Virus record (IMG/VR): IMGVR_UViG_3300021376_000006
Origin: a virus
Taxonomy: Duplodnaviria > Caudoviricetes
DNA length: 64,000 nt
Reading direction: 5' to 3' (one strand)
Part shown: in pieces, positions 17,992-26,565 of the stretch
Position numbering within the stretch: position 1 is the first letter of the stretch
Layout of the letters: each line of letters begins with the position of its first letter
The notes under the pieces: generated by a model
Database searches by the model: none
What the model saw: the letters and a program-made list of their open reading frames with translations, nothing else
What the model was told of the DNA's origin: nothing
Position numbers and translations under genes: made by a program

Positions 17992-18761
17992 TGCTTTATT
18001 TCACAATCTATCCACTTTAAATTGTTGTACCAATCATATACCACACTGCCTTTGGGAATCAGGCATCTACCCAGTTCGGGGTCAACTTCTATTCGAATCT
18101 GTACCACGGCCCAGATCAACCATATCAAATATAACGATGTGACAGCGCCTATGCCATACTTCCAGGCATTGCATTTGATATGTTCAATTCTTTTACGTTT
18201 TGTGTCTGCGGCTCGACGATCATCCACACGTTTCTTGGCCCAGGCGATTGCCTGTTGCCGCTTCATCTTTTCCATCATGGCCTGCACTCTGGTGTACAAG
18301 TCACCCAGCTCGGTTGGACAATTGTATACCATGAGTTCTCTCAGTTCGGCCTCCATGGCAACCAATCTACTTTGCATGAGCACTCGCTGAAGTGCTCGCT
18401 TGCCTAAACTGGTTTCGCCTGTGTACACTTCATTGTCATGTCTTTCTTCTTCTTCGAAGATGGCCGAACACTTGGCATAGTTTTCAAAATACACACCCAG
18501 TTCTTCGCCAATTTGAGTATACACATCGTTGGGCTGTTTTTTGCTTAATTCAATTATCCGATTTTTTTCTTGGATAAATTGATTCTTTTCTGCAACCGTA
18601 GGTGCTCGATGTTTGAATTTCTCACCAAACTGTGCATCTAAATCCGACAGTATTCCCTTGACATCACCGGCTGCACTGGCTATTTCTTTGTATAATTCGC
18701 AGCCTTTTTTTACAGCCTGTACGGCACCATTTGCAAGGGCAAAGAGGGTTAGCGGATCCAT
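17988..18761 (-). CDS. Coiled-coil protein with C-terminal TM helix
   Basis: 257 aa, GGAGG SD, TM IGAVTSLYLIWLIWAVV. Confidence 0.75.
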   Translation of the reverse strand: MDPLTLFALANGAVQAVKKGCELYKEIASAAGDVKGILSDLDAQFGEKFKHRAPTVAEKNQFIQEKNRIIELSKKQPNDVYTQIGEELGVYFENYAKCSAIFEEEERHDNEVYTGETSLGKRALQRVLMQSRLVAMEAELRELMVYNCPTELGDLYTRVQAMMEKMKRQQAIAWAKKRVDDRRAADTKRKRIEHIKCNAWKYGIGAVTSLYLIWLIWAVVQIRIEVDPELGRCLIPKGSVVYDWYNNLKWIDCEIKQ

Positions 18762-18886
18762 TTCCTCCGCTCCTGAATTGAACTTAAAATAACCCTATAA
18801 ATTGGGTCACACATAGTTGATCCTTTATAATTAATTTTTGACGGACCAATAGTTATCGAACTTAGTTATACTTATTTGGTCAAAAC

Positions 18887-18911
18887 AAAAAAGCCCCTTG
18901 CGGGGCTTTTT
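18887..18911. terminator. Bidirectional Rho-independent terminator
   Basis: AAAAAAGCCCC-TTGC-GGGGCTTTTT. Confidence 0.85.
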
Positions 18912-18928
18912 GTCAACTTAAAGTACGC

Positions 18929-20938
18929 TTAAAACCCTATTCTTAACACAAAGTTGCCGGCTACACTTTGTATGTCACGGTGTTGTAGTTGAACTGCCCC
19001 CACTGCCAATGAAAGTCTATTTGTAAGGTCTTTTCTAATACCCAACCTTGCAATTTTGACTGCGTCGTCAGTTTGTGAATATTCACCAAACACCGCAACT
19101 GATCCAAATGATCTATCAAAACGCACACCAAGTTCGCTGCGTTTTGCAGTTGAGTCTACCGCTGCATATGACATGGCAGTCAAAGCACTACCCAGTTCGG
19201 TCACAGCATCTCGCGTATTTTGTTCCACTCGGTATCCAACAAATGGACGTAGCCCTTTTAAATCCGGAGTATAAAGTCTCAGTCCCAACCATCTATCACT
19301 ACCGACAGTTCTTGAACTGTTGCTGTAACCCAATTCAGGCAAACTGTGTGTTGTGGTCATTTCGTTATTGGCATATCCCAACTCGGAGGCAAACAACCAA
19401 TTTCTCAAATTTGAGATAGAATACAAGTTTACAATATCTTTGTTCAATCCACCTGTGGCATTGTTGCCGGACATGGCAGATTCTGAACGACTGACACTGA
19501 AACCAATAACGGTTCTTGGAGATAATAACTTATCAATACCAAAACCAAATTTCTTGCTGCTAATGGTATATCCGTCTACGGTGTACTCACCGGTTCGTTC
19601 TCCCATAGAGTAAAAACTTACAGTGCCTTCTTTGCCTACATTGCCACGGAACGCGATTTCGCCATCAACTATGCTTTGTCTGGCCAATACATCATTTCGT
19701 GATAGCAAATTAACATAAGAGTTAGTGTCAGCTAGCACTGTGTATTGATCAATTCTTGTTGCATAATCTTGACTAGTGCCAGTTGTGACCACTTGATCAA
19801 ATGTGGTTGTAGTTGTTACTGTTTGATTGACGGTACTAGTTGTAGTAACCGGGGTACCATTTGTTGTGACAGTGGATCCATCGCTGTATGTGGTTACAGT
19901 GGTAGGAGTTGTCACAGTGGTTGTAGTCACTGGAGTTGTATCTGTTGTCACCCGTGTAACTGGTGTGGTAGCCACAATGGTGATATTTCTTGTCACAGTC
20001 AAAGATTTTGCTGTACCGGCTCCTCTAGTGTCAGTAACAGTTTCTACTACAGTAGTGGCACCTGGTGTATCAACAACTGTAGTTGTAGTGGCGCCTGTGG
20101 ATGAACTAGTATACACTATAGGTGTACCAGGTGCTGTTGATACCACAGTGGGCGAGCCACCTCCGCTACTACCACTAAAGTTGGCTGTGGTAAGTGTACC
20201 GCTATAACCTCCTGGAGTGGCTGCTGTGGTGCCACCATTGGCATCATAGCCTCCGCCGCTCATGTTGGCAGTTACACCTGTGGCTGTGGTTGTACACATT
20301 ACACTTCCGCTGGTCGTACCGCAAGCACCCCAGCTGGTAGAACTGGTCCAACCTTGTGCAAAGACGCCGCCGGGATCTAGACCAAATTCTGGATTGTAAA
20401 GTATATTATTGCCTGCTGTACCACCTGTGGGTGTAAATGTAACAGTCGGTACACGCCATTGTGGACCATAGTTACCTGCCCACCAACTAGTGTCAGTACC
20501 AATCATGACTACTTTTACATAAGCAACACTACTACAACTGCCTGCTGATCCACAGTTGGTAGATGTTAAACTTAGTGTGGTCCATGGTTCACTGTTATCG
20601 CCCGGTACCGAACTCCATGCATTCATTTGTAACAAGTTACCTGTGGCATAACTTGTTTGACTTGATCCTAATAGTGTATTACTAGAATTGTAAAACTCTA
20701 ATTTAAGTTGACCAGTATCGTGTTGTAATGGTCTTCCTCCGCCAGCATGCGCCTCAACGGTAAATGTTAAAGTTCCTCCATTTTGCATTGTTGAATCGAA
20801 AACTACTATTTGACTGATAGTGCTGTTTGCCATATACGACATGTTTGCACTATTGTAATCTGTGCCTGACTCGAAAGCATTTACTGAATTGAAACACATG
20901 GCGGCCATGATCGCAATGATCTTGCCCCAATATTTCAT
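18929..20938 (-). CDS. Type Va autotransporter-like outer membrane protein
   Basis: Sec signal (VNA-F), globular passenger, Thr/Val-rich stalk, ~250 aa amphipathic beta-strand C-terminus ending FVLRIGF. Confidence 0.75.
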   Translation of the reverse strand: MKYWGKIIAIMAAMCFNSVNAFESGTDYNSANMSYMANSTISQIVVFDSTMQNGGTLTFTVEAHAGGGRPLQHDTGQLKLEFYNSSNTLLGSSQTSYATGNLLQMNAWSSVPGDNSEPWTTLSLTSTNCGSAGSCSSVAYVKVVMIGTDTSWWAGNYGPQWRVPTVTFTPTGGTAGNNILYNPEFGLDPGGVFAQGWTSSTSWGACGTTSGSVMCTTTATGVTANMSGGGYDANGGTTAATPGGYSGTLTTANFSGSSGGGSPTVVSTAPGTPIVYTSSSTGATTTTVVDTPGATTVVETVTDTRGAGTAKSLTVTRNITIVATTPVTRVTTDTTPVTTTTVTTPTTVTTYSDGSTVTTNGTPVTTTSTVNQTVTTTTTFDQVVTTGTSQDYATRIDQYTVLADTNSYVNLLSRNDVLARQSIVDGEIAFRGNVGKEGTVSFYSMGERTGEYTVDGYTISSKKFGFGIDKLLSPRTVIGFSVSRSESAMSGNNATGGLNKDIVNLYSISNLRNWLFASELGYANNEMTTTHSLPELGYSNSSRTVGSDRWLGLRLYTPDLKGLRPFVGYRVEQNTRDAVTELGSALTAMSYAAVDSTAKRSELGVRFDRSFGSVAVFGEYSQTDDAVKIARLGIRKDLTNRLSLAVGAVQLQHRDIQSVAGNFVLRIGF

Positions 20939-21022
20939 TTTTTTTAGCTCCTTTAGTAGACTTGTTGTTTTTGTTTGTGTCTACCAAGTATTTACAACAA
21001 AAAACCTAATGATTATGTGGCA

Positions 21023-21097
21023 CTACATTCTATGCGGTGGAGTGACAGGTGCAGGTTGTGGAGGATTTTTGACAGGACGATGTGCAAACCAACTCAT
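21023..21097 (-). CDS. Pro-rich micropeptide (24 aa)
   Basis: Not in ORF track; MSWFAHRPVKNPPQPAPVTPPHRM with AAGGAG SD. Confidence 0.55.
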   Translation of the reverse strand: MSWFAHRPVKNPPQPAPVTPPHRM

Positions 21098-21118
21098 AGT
21101 TGTCTCCTTTTTATGACA

Positions 21119-21145
21119 CAAAAAAACCTGGAAATTTTCCAGGTT
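21119..21145 (-). terminator. Rho-independent terminator
   Basis: AACCTGGAA-AT-TTTCCAGGTT hairpin followed by T-tract on minus strand. Confidence 0.7.
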
Positions 21146-21530
21146 ATTTGTAATTAATTTTGGTTCCTAATCCAGTTCCTTGTTTAAGTGGACTAGTATC
21201 TGGTATATGTATTCGTTTACCAACTCCCATCATGCAATATTCATTGGTATTCAAATCATGAATAAACCAGCTGGTGGTTTCCGTTTCAAAATTAGCGTAT
21301 ACCAAATTTACTGTCTGTTCATTGGGTGCTTGAGTAGCCATGATTAGTTTTTCACCATATCGTTCCATGGTAATTTCAACATCTTCAAAGCTGCCACACA
21401 TCAATTGAATTTTTCTAAACCTAGGTTCTGCTGTAGCTGCTGTGGCTGCTGTGGCTGCTGTGGCTAGAGTGACCAGTAAGATGACTGCTAAAATTTTGTT
21501 CATACAGTATATATCATAACACCGTGGCAT
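21144..21530 (-). CDS. Exported hypothetical protein
   Basis: Signal peptide MNKILAVILLVTLA, C...C pair. Confidence 0.7.
   Translation of the reverse strand: MPRCYDIYCMNKILAVILLVTLATAATAATAATAEPRFRKIQLMCGSFEDVEITMERYGEKLIMATQAPNEQTVNLVYANFETETTSWFIHDLNTNEYCMMGVGKRIHIPDTSPLKQGTGLGTKINYK
21428..21463. repeat. 9-bp tandem repeat x4 (CTGCTGT[G/A]G)
   Basis: Encodes the TAATAATAATA stretch after the signal peptide. Confidence 0.85.
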
Positions 21531-21545
21531 GATAAAATACCAATA

Positions 21546-21860
21546 TTATGTTTCTTGATGATCAAATCTGCCGCAAACTATGTCATAAAATTCGTCTAGT
21601 TCGCCGCCCCACTTGCCTTTGAGATATGGACGTAAGTCGTAGCACAGTTTTGCGTTTTTGTCTTTGTTGGCCTGTACAAATGTATTGTGTAGCTTTTTCC
21701 AGTGATCCAGTTTAACAACTTCTTCTAACGGAATTTGATCTCCGGGCACTACACAAAATGTTTCTAATATTTGTCCTTCTACATCGTGTGGTTCTAGTTC
21801 AAGAACAGTGTATCTTTCACTTAATTCTTCTGCTATTTGTCTATTAAAAATAATATCCAT
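21546..21860 (-). CDS. Conserved phage hypothetical protein
   Basis: MDIIF...YTVLELE...LKGKWGGELDEFY. Confidence 0.7.
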   Translation of the reverse strand: MDIIFNRQIAEELSERYTVLELEPHDVEGQILETFCVVPGDQIPLEEVVKLDHWKKLHNTFVQANKDKNAKLCYDLRPYLKGKWGGELDEFYDIVCGRFDHQET

Positions 21861-22396
21861 TATCGTTTTTTTACTCCTACTATTTTGTATATATGCTGTA
21901 CAGCTCTAGCCTGATAATAACAATCAATCAATGCATTGTGAGCACCGTGTCTGTTTTTTTCTCTTGGATCACCATGAACACTAAACAATGTACGGCTGTC
22001 TCTTATCTGCCAAAATTGCCACGGAGTCGGACGACCAACTTGTCTATATAGATCTTCTAGTATAACAATGTCAAAAGCAGGTCCTTGACACCAAATATTA
22101 TCTGCACCAACCAAAAAGCGATTGAGCTGATCCAACATATCATTTACACTTATGCGACCATCCATGCCCATAGCTTCTTCTCTTACTTCTTCAGTTTGTG
22201 TTCCCCACCAGGCAACTGTTTCGTCTTGAACGTGTCGGTCCATAGATAGTTGTTCGTCAACATCTGGTTTTAAGTATAGGCCTTGACCTTGATCAACATC
22301 CGACTCCCAGGGGCTAAACTTGACTGCGCCGAAAGTTAAAATAACTGACCATGGTCTTGTGCTCAGCGTTTCAAGATCCAGCATTACATCCATCAT
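21860..22396 (-). CDS. DEDD 3'-5' exonuclease (Rv2179c-like)
   Basis: VMLDLETL, WCQGPAFD, RDSRT, HNALID. Confidence 0.88.
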   Translation of the reverse strand: MMDVMLDLETLSTRPWSVILTFGAVKFSPWESDVDQGQGLYLKPDVDEQLSMDRHVQDETVAWWGTQTEEVREEAMGMDGRISVNDMLDQLNRFLVGADNIWCQGPAFDIVILEDLYRQVGRPTPWQFWQIRDSRTLFSVHGDPREKNRHGAHNALIDCYYQARAVQHIYKIVGVKKR

Positions 22397-22869
22397 TGAC
22401 TCCTGAGGGCTCTATCAGCTTCGGCTGCTGCTACACGTCTACGCAGACTACTGGAACTGAACGAATGATCGCGTTGGTTAAACACCAATTCAATTCGACG
22501 ATTGTAACATTCTTGTGCACCAGTAAAATCTTTTTCTGCGTATTCTATACCCAGTATACGCACATCAATAGGCAGGGTCAAAAGAATGTCAACTAAATCT
22601 TGCTCAGTCTGATATACAACCACTTCATCCACATAGCGACATGCCGCCAATTGAATCTGTCGCTCCACGACACTCTGTACGGGTGGATTTTTTATATCCG
22701 GACGGTCAATTGTGGGGTCGGTTTGCAGCCCGGCGATAAGATAATCGCAGTGATTCTTAGCCTCTGCCAACATTGCAATATGACCGGCGTGGCATAAATC
22801 AAAAGTCGAAAAAGTAATCCCAATCTTAAGTCCCTTATCCTTAAGTTCTCGTATTTTATTGAATATCAT
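22393..22869 (-). CDS. Cytidylyltransferase (TagD-like)
   Basis: FSTFDLCHAGH (HxGH), GLQTDP, FSSSSLR. Confidence 0.88.
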   Translation of the reverse strand: MIFNKIRELKDKGLKIGITFSTFDLCHAGHIAMLAEAKNHCDYLIAGLQTDPTIDRPDIKNPPVQSVVERQIQLAACRYVDEVVVYQTEQDLVDILLTLPIDVRILGIEYAEKDFTGAQECYNRRIELVFNQRDHSFSSSSLRRRVAAAEADRALRSQ

Positions 22870-23181
22870 TCAATTAGCTGGTTCTAATTTTACGTTGAGA
22901 GGAAAGCCGTTGTTACGAGCAAGAAGAGTTGCTTCTACACCTTTTTGTTCAGCTATTTCATAAGGTAAAGTACTAACCACGCTAGATCCTTCTTGATGAA
23001 TTTTCAAAGTTATTTCATGTGCAGTTTGCTCTGAATGATGGAAAATTGTTTTGAGAGATTCTACAACAAATTCCATAGTTGTTACATTATCGTTTAGATA
23101 TATTACATTAAACAAACTGGGTGGCTGGATGTTTGTTTTGATTTGAATCCTAGGTTTGACTACAATATCTGTTTTGCTCAT
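22870..23181 (-). CDS. clpS: ClpS adaptor
   Basis: VIYLNDNVTTMEFVV...IHQEG...YEIAEQK...FPL. Confidence 0.93.
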   Translation of the reverse strand: MSKTDIVVKPRIQIKTNIQPPSLFNVIYLNDNVTTMEFVVESLKTIFHHSEQTAHEITLKIHQEGSSVVSTLPYEIAEQKGVEATLLARNNGFPLNVKLEPAN

Positions 23182-23196
23182 GGTCTTGTAGGTTTA

Positions 23197-23220
23197 AGTA
23201 GGGGGATGTATCCCCCTACT
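23197..23220 (-). promoter_or_regulatory. Perfect 10-bp hairpin in clpS leader
   Basis: AGTAGGGGGA-TACA-TCCCCCTACT, no U-tract; TATAAT immediately upstream on minus strand. Confidence 0.55.
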
Positions 23221-23229
23221 GTTATTATA

Positions 23230-23667
23230 CTACTTAGCGAATGTAATTGCAATCTTCTTGGGCTTTTGTTCTTCGGGAACAATATGCTCCAAACTAACTG
23301 CCAAAATACCATTAATTACTGTAGCGCCTTTAACTTCCACATTGTCAGCTAAAGTAAAATGACGAGTGAAAGTTCTTGCACTGATGCCACGGTGCAAGTA
23401 TTCGTATTCATCTTTTTGCTTTTGTTCGCCTCGAATCGTTAGAACATTTTCTTTGTATTCAATATCAAGTTCATCTTCACTGAAGCCAGCAACCGCTAGT
23501 TGGATGGCATAGTGATTTTCGTCAATTCGAACAATGTTGTGAGGCGGATAGTTGTCGGCTTTACTATTGGCAAAAGTGCGTCCTAGTTCGTTGAACAATC
23601 TATCAAAGCCTACAGCATGGCGATGAAGTGTTGGTAAATCAAAAGTGCTAATTGTATAAGTTGTCAT
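23230..23667 (-). CDS. ibpA: Small heat shock protein Hsp20 (IbpA-like)
   Basis: VGFDRLF, NYPPHNI, LAVAGF, YLHRGIS.R.F...F.LAD, NGIL. Confidence 0.95.
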   Translation of the reverse strand: MTTYTISTFDLPTLHRHAVGFDRLFNELGRTFANSKADNYPPHNIVRIDENHYAIQLAVAGFSEDELDIEYKENVLTIRGEQKQKDEYEYLHRGISARTFTRHFTLADNVEVKGATVINGILAVSLEHIVPEEQKPKKIAITFAK

Positions 23668-23740
23668 AATACGTTCTCCTTTCTATAAGCAAGTTATGAC
23701 ATATGAGTGTAGACCCCACCCGGGCATCTACACCGCATAT
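23668..23740 (-). promoter_or_regulatory. ROSE-like RNA thermometer upstream of hsp20
   Basis: 5' hairpin 23701-23740 then CUUGCUU-AUAGA-AAGGAG hairpin with bulged G over the SD. Confidence 0.7.
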
Positions 23741-23743
23741 TCT

Positions 23744-25630
23744 TTACGGCTTTTCTGTAAACTCAGCATCTACTACATTGTCATCTGCAGTGGGCTTTAC
23801 AGATTGCTCTGTAGTTGACGGCTGTTTTGCTTCGTTGATTGCATTTGAGGCAACAAACAATTCAGTCAATTTTGTTGTAATTGCTTCTCGGTCTGTGCCT
23901 GCAATGGCTTGTTCTAGTTCACTTATTTTATCGTTTATTGTCTTCGTCTGATCTTCTGCGAGTTTGCCCCCAACTTCTTTCAGATCAGTTCTTACTTGGT
24001 GGATCACTGAATCCGCTTGGTTACGAGTTTCAATGAGCTCTAGTTGCTTTCGATCCGCAGCGGCATTTGTTTCAGCATCGCGAATCATCGCCTCAATCTG
24101 TTCTTGACTTAGACCACTATCAGATTTAATGGTAATCCGATTTTCTTTGCCAGTTTTTTTGTCTCGAGCACTTACTTTAAGAATGCCATTTGCATCTACA
24201 TCTAGAACAACTTCAATTTGGGGCATACCTCTAGGTGCAGGATCGATACCTTCTAAATTAAATTCGCCTAGCAGTTTGTTGTGCTGTACTAGTTCACGTT
24301 CACCTTGATAGACTTTGATAGTAACTGCAGGCTGATTGTCTTCAGCTGTGCTGAACACTTGACTATGCTTGGTAGGAATAGTTGTATTCTTTGGTATTAG
24401 TTTGGTCATCACTCCGCCCATGGTTTCAATACCTAGGCTCAGTGGGGTAACATCAAGTAATAGCACATCTTTACGATCACCACCTAGTACAGCACCTTGT
24501 ACTGCTGCTCCGGCTGCTACTGCTTCATCTGGATTAACATCACGACGTGGTGCTCGTCCGAATAACTGTTCAACCGCTTCTTGCACTTTGGGCATACGTG
24601 TTTGGCCACCAACTAAAATAATCTCATCTATATCGCCGGCAGTTACTCCAGCATCTTGCATTGCTGTACGGCATGGTTCGATGGTACGCTGAATTAGATC
24701 ATCAACTAGACTTTCTAATTTGGCTCGAGTAATTTTAATGTTAAGATGTTTTGGACCAGTGGCATCAGCAGTGATGTAAGGTAAGTTTACATCTGTTTGT
24801 GTGTTGTTGGACAACTCAATCTTGGTACGCTCGGCAGCTTCTTTTAGTCGCTGTAGCGCCATTACGTCTCGGCCGAGATTAACTCCAGATTCCTTCTTAA
24901 ATTCAGTAATAAGGTAATCCATAATGCGTTGATCAAAATCTTCGCCTCCTAGGAATGTATCCCCATTGGTGCTAAGTACTTCGAATTGTTTATCACCATC
25001 CACATCAGCGATGTCGATAATAGATATATCAAAGGTACCGCCACCAAGATCATACACAGCAATTTTACGGTCTTTTTTGTCACTCTTGTCTGCTCCATAT
25101 GCCAGGGCTGCTGCCGTTGGCTCGTTGATTATACGTAATACCTCAAGTCCAGCAATAGCACCCGCATCTTTGGTGGCCTGACGCTGGCTATCATTGAAAT
25201 ATGCAGGGACTGTAATTACTGCTCGTGTTACTTCGTGCCCAAGATAGTCTTCAGCGGTCTTTTTCATCTTGCGTAGCACTTCAGCTGAGATTTGCGGAGG
25301 CGCCAGTTCTTGGCCGTTGGCCTGTACCCAAGCATCACCGTTCTTGCTCTCCATGATTTCATAGGGCATGAGATTGATGTCTTTTTGTACAGCCTGCTCC
25401 ATGAACTTGCGTCCGATCAGTCGCTTGGCAGCATAGATAGTGTTCTTGGGATTGGTTACAGCCTGACGTTTGGCGCCAGCGCCTACCAGAACTTCGTCTG
25501 AGGTATAGGCCACAATGCTGGGCGTAGTACGTGCGCCTTCTGAATTTTCAATTATTTTAGGGATTCCGTTTTCGACAACTGCTACGCAGCTATTGGTGGT
25601 ACCAAGATCAATACCAATGATAGTACTCAT
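23744..25630 (-). CDS. dnaK: Chaperone DnaK (full length)
   Basis: [38 protein letters not shown]-terminal VVDAEF. Confidence 0.98.
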   Translation of the reverse strand: MSTIIGIDLGTTNSCVAVVENGIPKIIENSEGARTTPSIVAYTSDEVLVGAGAKRQAVTNPKNTIYAAKRLIGRKFMEQAVQKDINLMPYEIMESKNGDAWVQANGQELAPPQISAEVLRKMKKTAEDYLGHEVTRAVITVPAYFNDSQRQATKDAGAIAGLEVLRIINEPTAAALAYGADKSDKKDRKIAVYDLGGGTFDISIIDIADVDGDKQFEVLSTNGDTFLGGEDFDQRIMDYLITEFKKESGVNLGRDVMALQRLKEAAERTKIELSNNTQTDVNLPYITADATGPKHLNIKITRAKLESLVDDLIQRTIEPCRTAMQDAGVTAGDIDEIILVGGQTRMPKVQEAVEQLFGRAPRRDVNPDEAVAAGAAVQGAVLGGDRKDVLLLDVTPLSLGIETMGGVMTKLIPKNTTIPTKHSQVFSTAEDNQPAVTIKVYQGERELVQHNKLLGEFNLEGIDPAPRGMPQIEVVLDVDANGILKVSARDKKTGKENRITIKSDSGLSQEQIEAMIRDAETNAAADRKQLELIETRNQADSVIHQVRTDLKEVGGKLAEDQTKTINDKISELEQAIAGTDREAITTKLTELFVASNAINEAKQPSTTEQSVKPTADDNVVDAEFTEKP

Positions 25631-25694
25631 TTATTTTTCTCCTTAATTAAGCAAGTATTTTGTGGGCCCGAAGCACCCTACACAATTATTTATA
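25631..25694 (-). promoter_or_regulatory. T4-type late promoter plus ROSE-like leader of dnaK
   Basis: TATAAATA at 25687-25694, cUUCGg hairpin, then CUUGCUU-AAUU-AAGGAG. Confidence 0.75.
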
Positions 25695-25728
25695 CATCAA
25701 TTATACTAAATTTCACAGTGTGCTACAA

Positions 25729-26022
25729 TTATTTTGGGTTGATTAGAACAAAATTATTACTGACTGTATATCTAGGATTCCATGTAAGTGCAAATTGTGT
25801 GTAATCTTTGTTGTTGTCAAAACTTAACCGATATGTATACTTGTGTATTTTGGTTCTATAAGCAGCAATCTGGTACCTGGTTGCCCATGTATCTAGGTCT
25901 TTTCTAATTTGAGCAAGTGCCGCGCCTGCTGCTGCTCCGCCGGCACCCATTGGCAAGCGAAACTCTATGTACATCAGTACAGTTTTTTGGGTAATTGCTC
26001 GTCGGCCAATCTCTTTTGCCAA
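25729..26022 (-). CDS. Small protein, FxLRW-like family
   Basis: LSFDNNKDYTQFALTWNP. Confidence 0.6.
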   Translation of the reverse strand: MAKEIGRRAITQKTVLMYIEFRLPMGAGGAAAGAALAQIRKDLDTWATRYQIAAYRTKIHKYTYRLSFDNNKDYTQFALTWNPRYTVSNNFVLINPK

Positions 26023-26210
26023 CGTCGGCGTGCTGCTGCTTTTGCTTTCTTGCGACGAGTAGTTGGTTTTTCATAGGTTTCGCGTTCACGTAAATTCTGC
26101 AAAAGGCCACTTTCGGCCACTTTTTTCTTGAATTTGCGTAAAGCCTTTTCTACATTGTCGTGTGTAACTACCACCAAATTACCTATTACTTTGTTTGATT
26201 TTTCATACAT
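25974..26210 (-). CDS. rpsU: 30S ribosomal protein bS21
   Basis: NVEKALRKFKKKVAESGLLQNLRERETYEKPTTRRKKAKAAARRRW; start placed 5 nt after ATAAATA. Confidence 0.92.
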   Translation of the reverse strand: MYEKSNKVIGNLVVVTHDNVEKALRKFKKKVAESGLLQNLRERETYEKPTTRRKKAKAAARRRWQKRLADEQLPKKLY

Positions 26211-26214
26211 AAGA

Positions 26215-26565
26215 TTATTTATTTTCGTGGGCTTGTGCTGCAAAAAAGTGTACAGGATCAGTTATGCGTCGAGGATTTTCTATGTAAAACTTATCGCCAT
26301 AATAGTATGTTTTATCAAGTAGACACAATGATTTGAACTGGTCCAGTCTAGAATTCACAATAATAGTATCGCATGCTTCCACTGCTTGTTGTAACCAATG
26401 ATTGTTATTCATGTTAGGAGTATACGCATACACGTTATAAGCATCTGCAGAATATTGGCAAAATCTTATAACTGCATCCAAATCAATTTGGTCTAGGTCA
26501 ACTAATAACACTGAATACAACCCGTTGTGTATAATGTCGGGCGGGGTAACTAAATTACTATCCAC
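26215..26565 (-). CDS. Hypothetical protein
   Basis: 116 aa in-operon ORF. Confidence 0.65.
   Translation of the reverse strand: MDSNLVTPPDIIHNGLYSVLLVDLDQIDLDAVIRFCQYSADAYNVYAYTPNMNNNHWLQQAVEACDTIIVNSRLDQFKSLCLLDKTYYYGDKFYIENPRRITDPVHFFAAQAHENK

Noticed and set aside
18751-18816. 21-aa micro-ORF MCDPIYRVILSSIQERRKWIR with an AAGGA SD
   Set aside because: Plausible, but too short to support without conservation or ribosome data
19745-20207. Plus-strand ORFs opposite the autotransporter, and similar shadows (4786..5151, 47904..48395, 57126..57425, 62362..62880 etc.)
   Set aside because: Antisense or alternate-frame artefacts of biased codon usage in well-supported genes; no SD, promoter or motif
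21428-21463. 9-bp tandem repeat as a phase-variation switch
   Set aside because: Unit length is a multiple of three, so slippage changes only linker length, not frame
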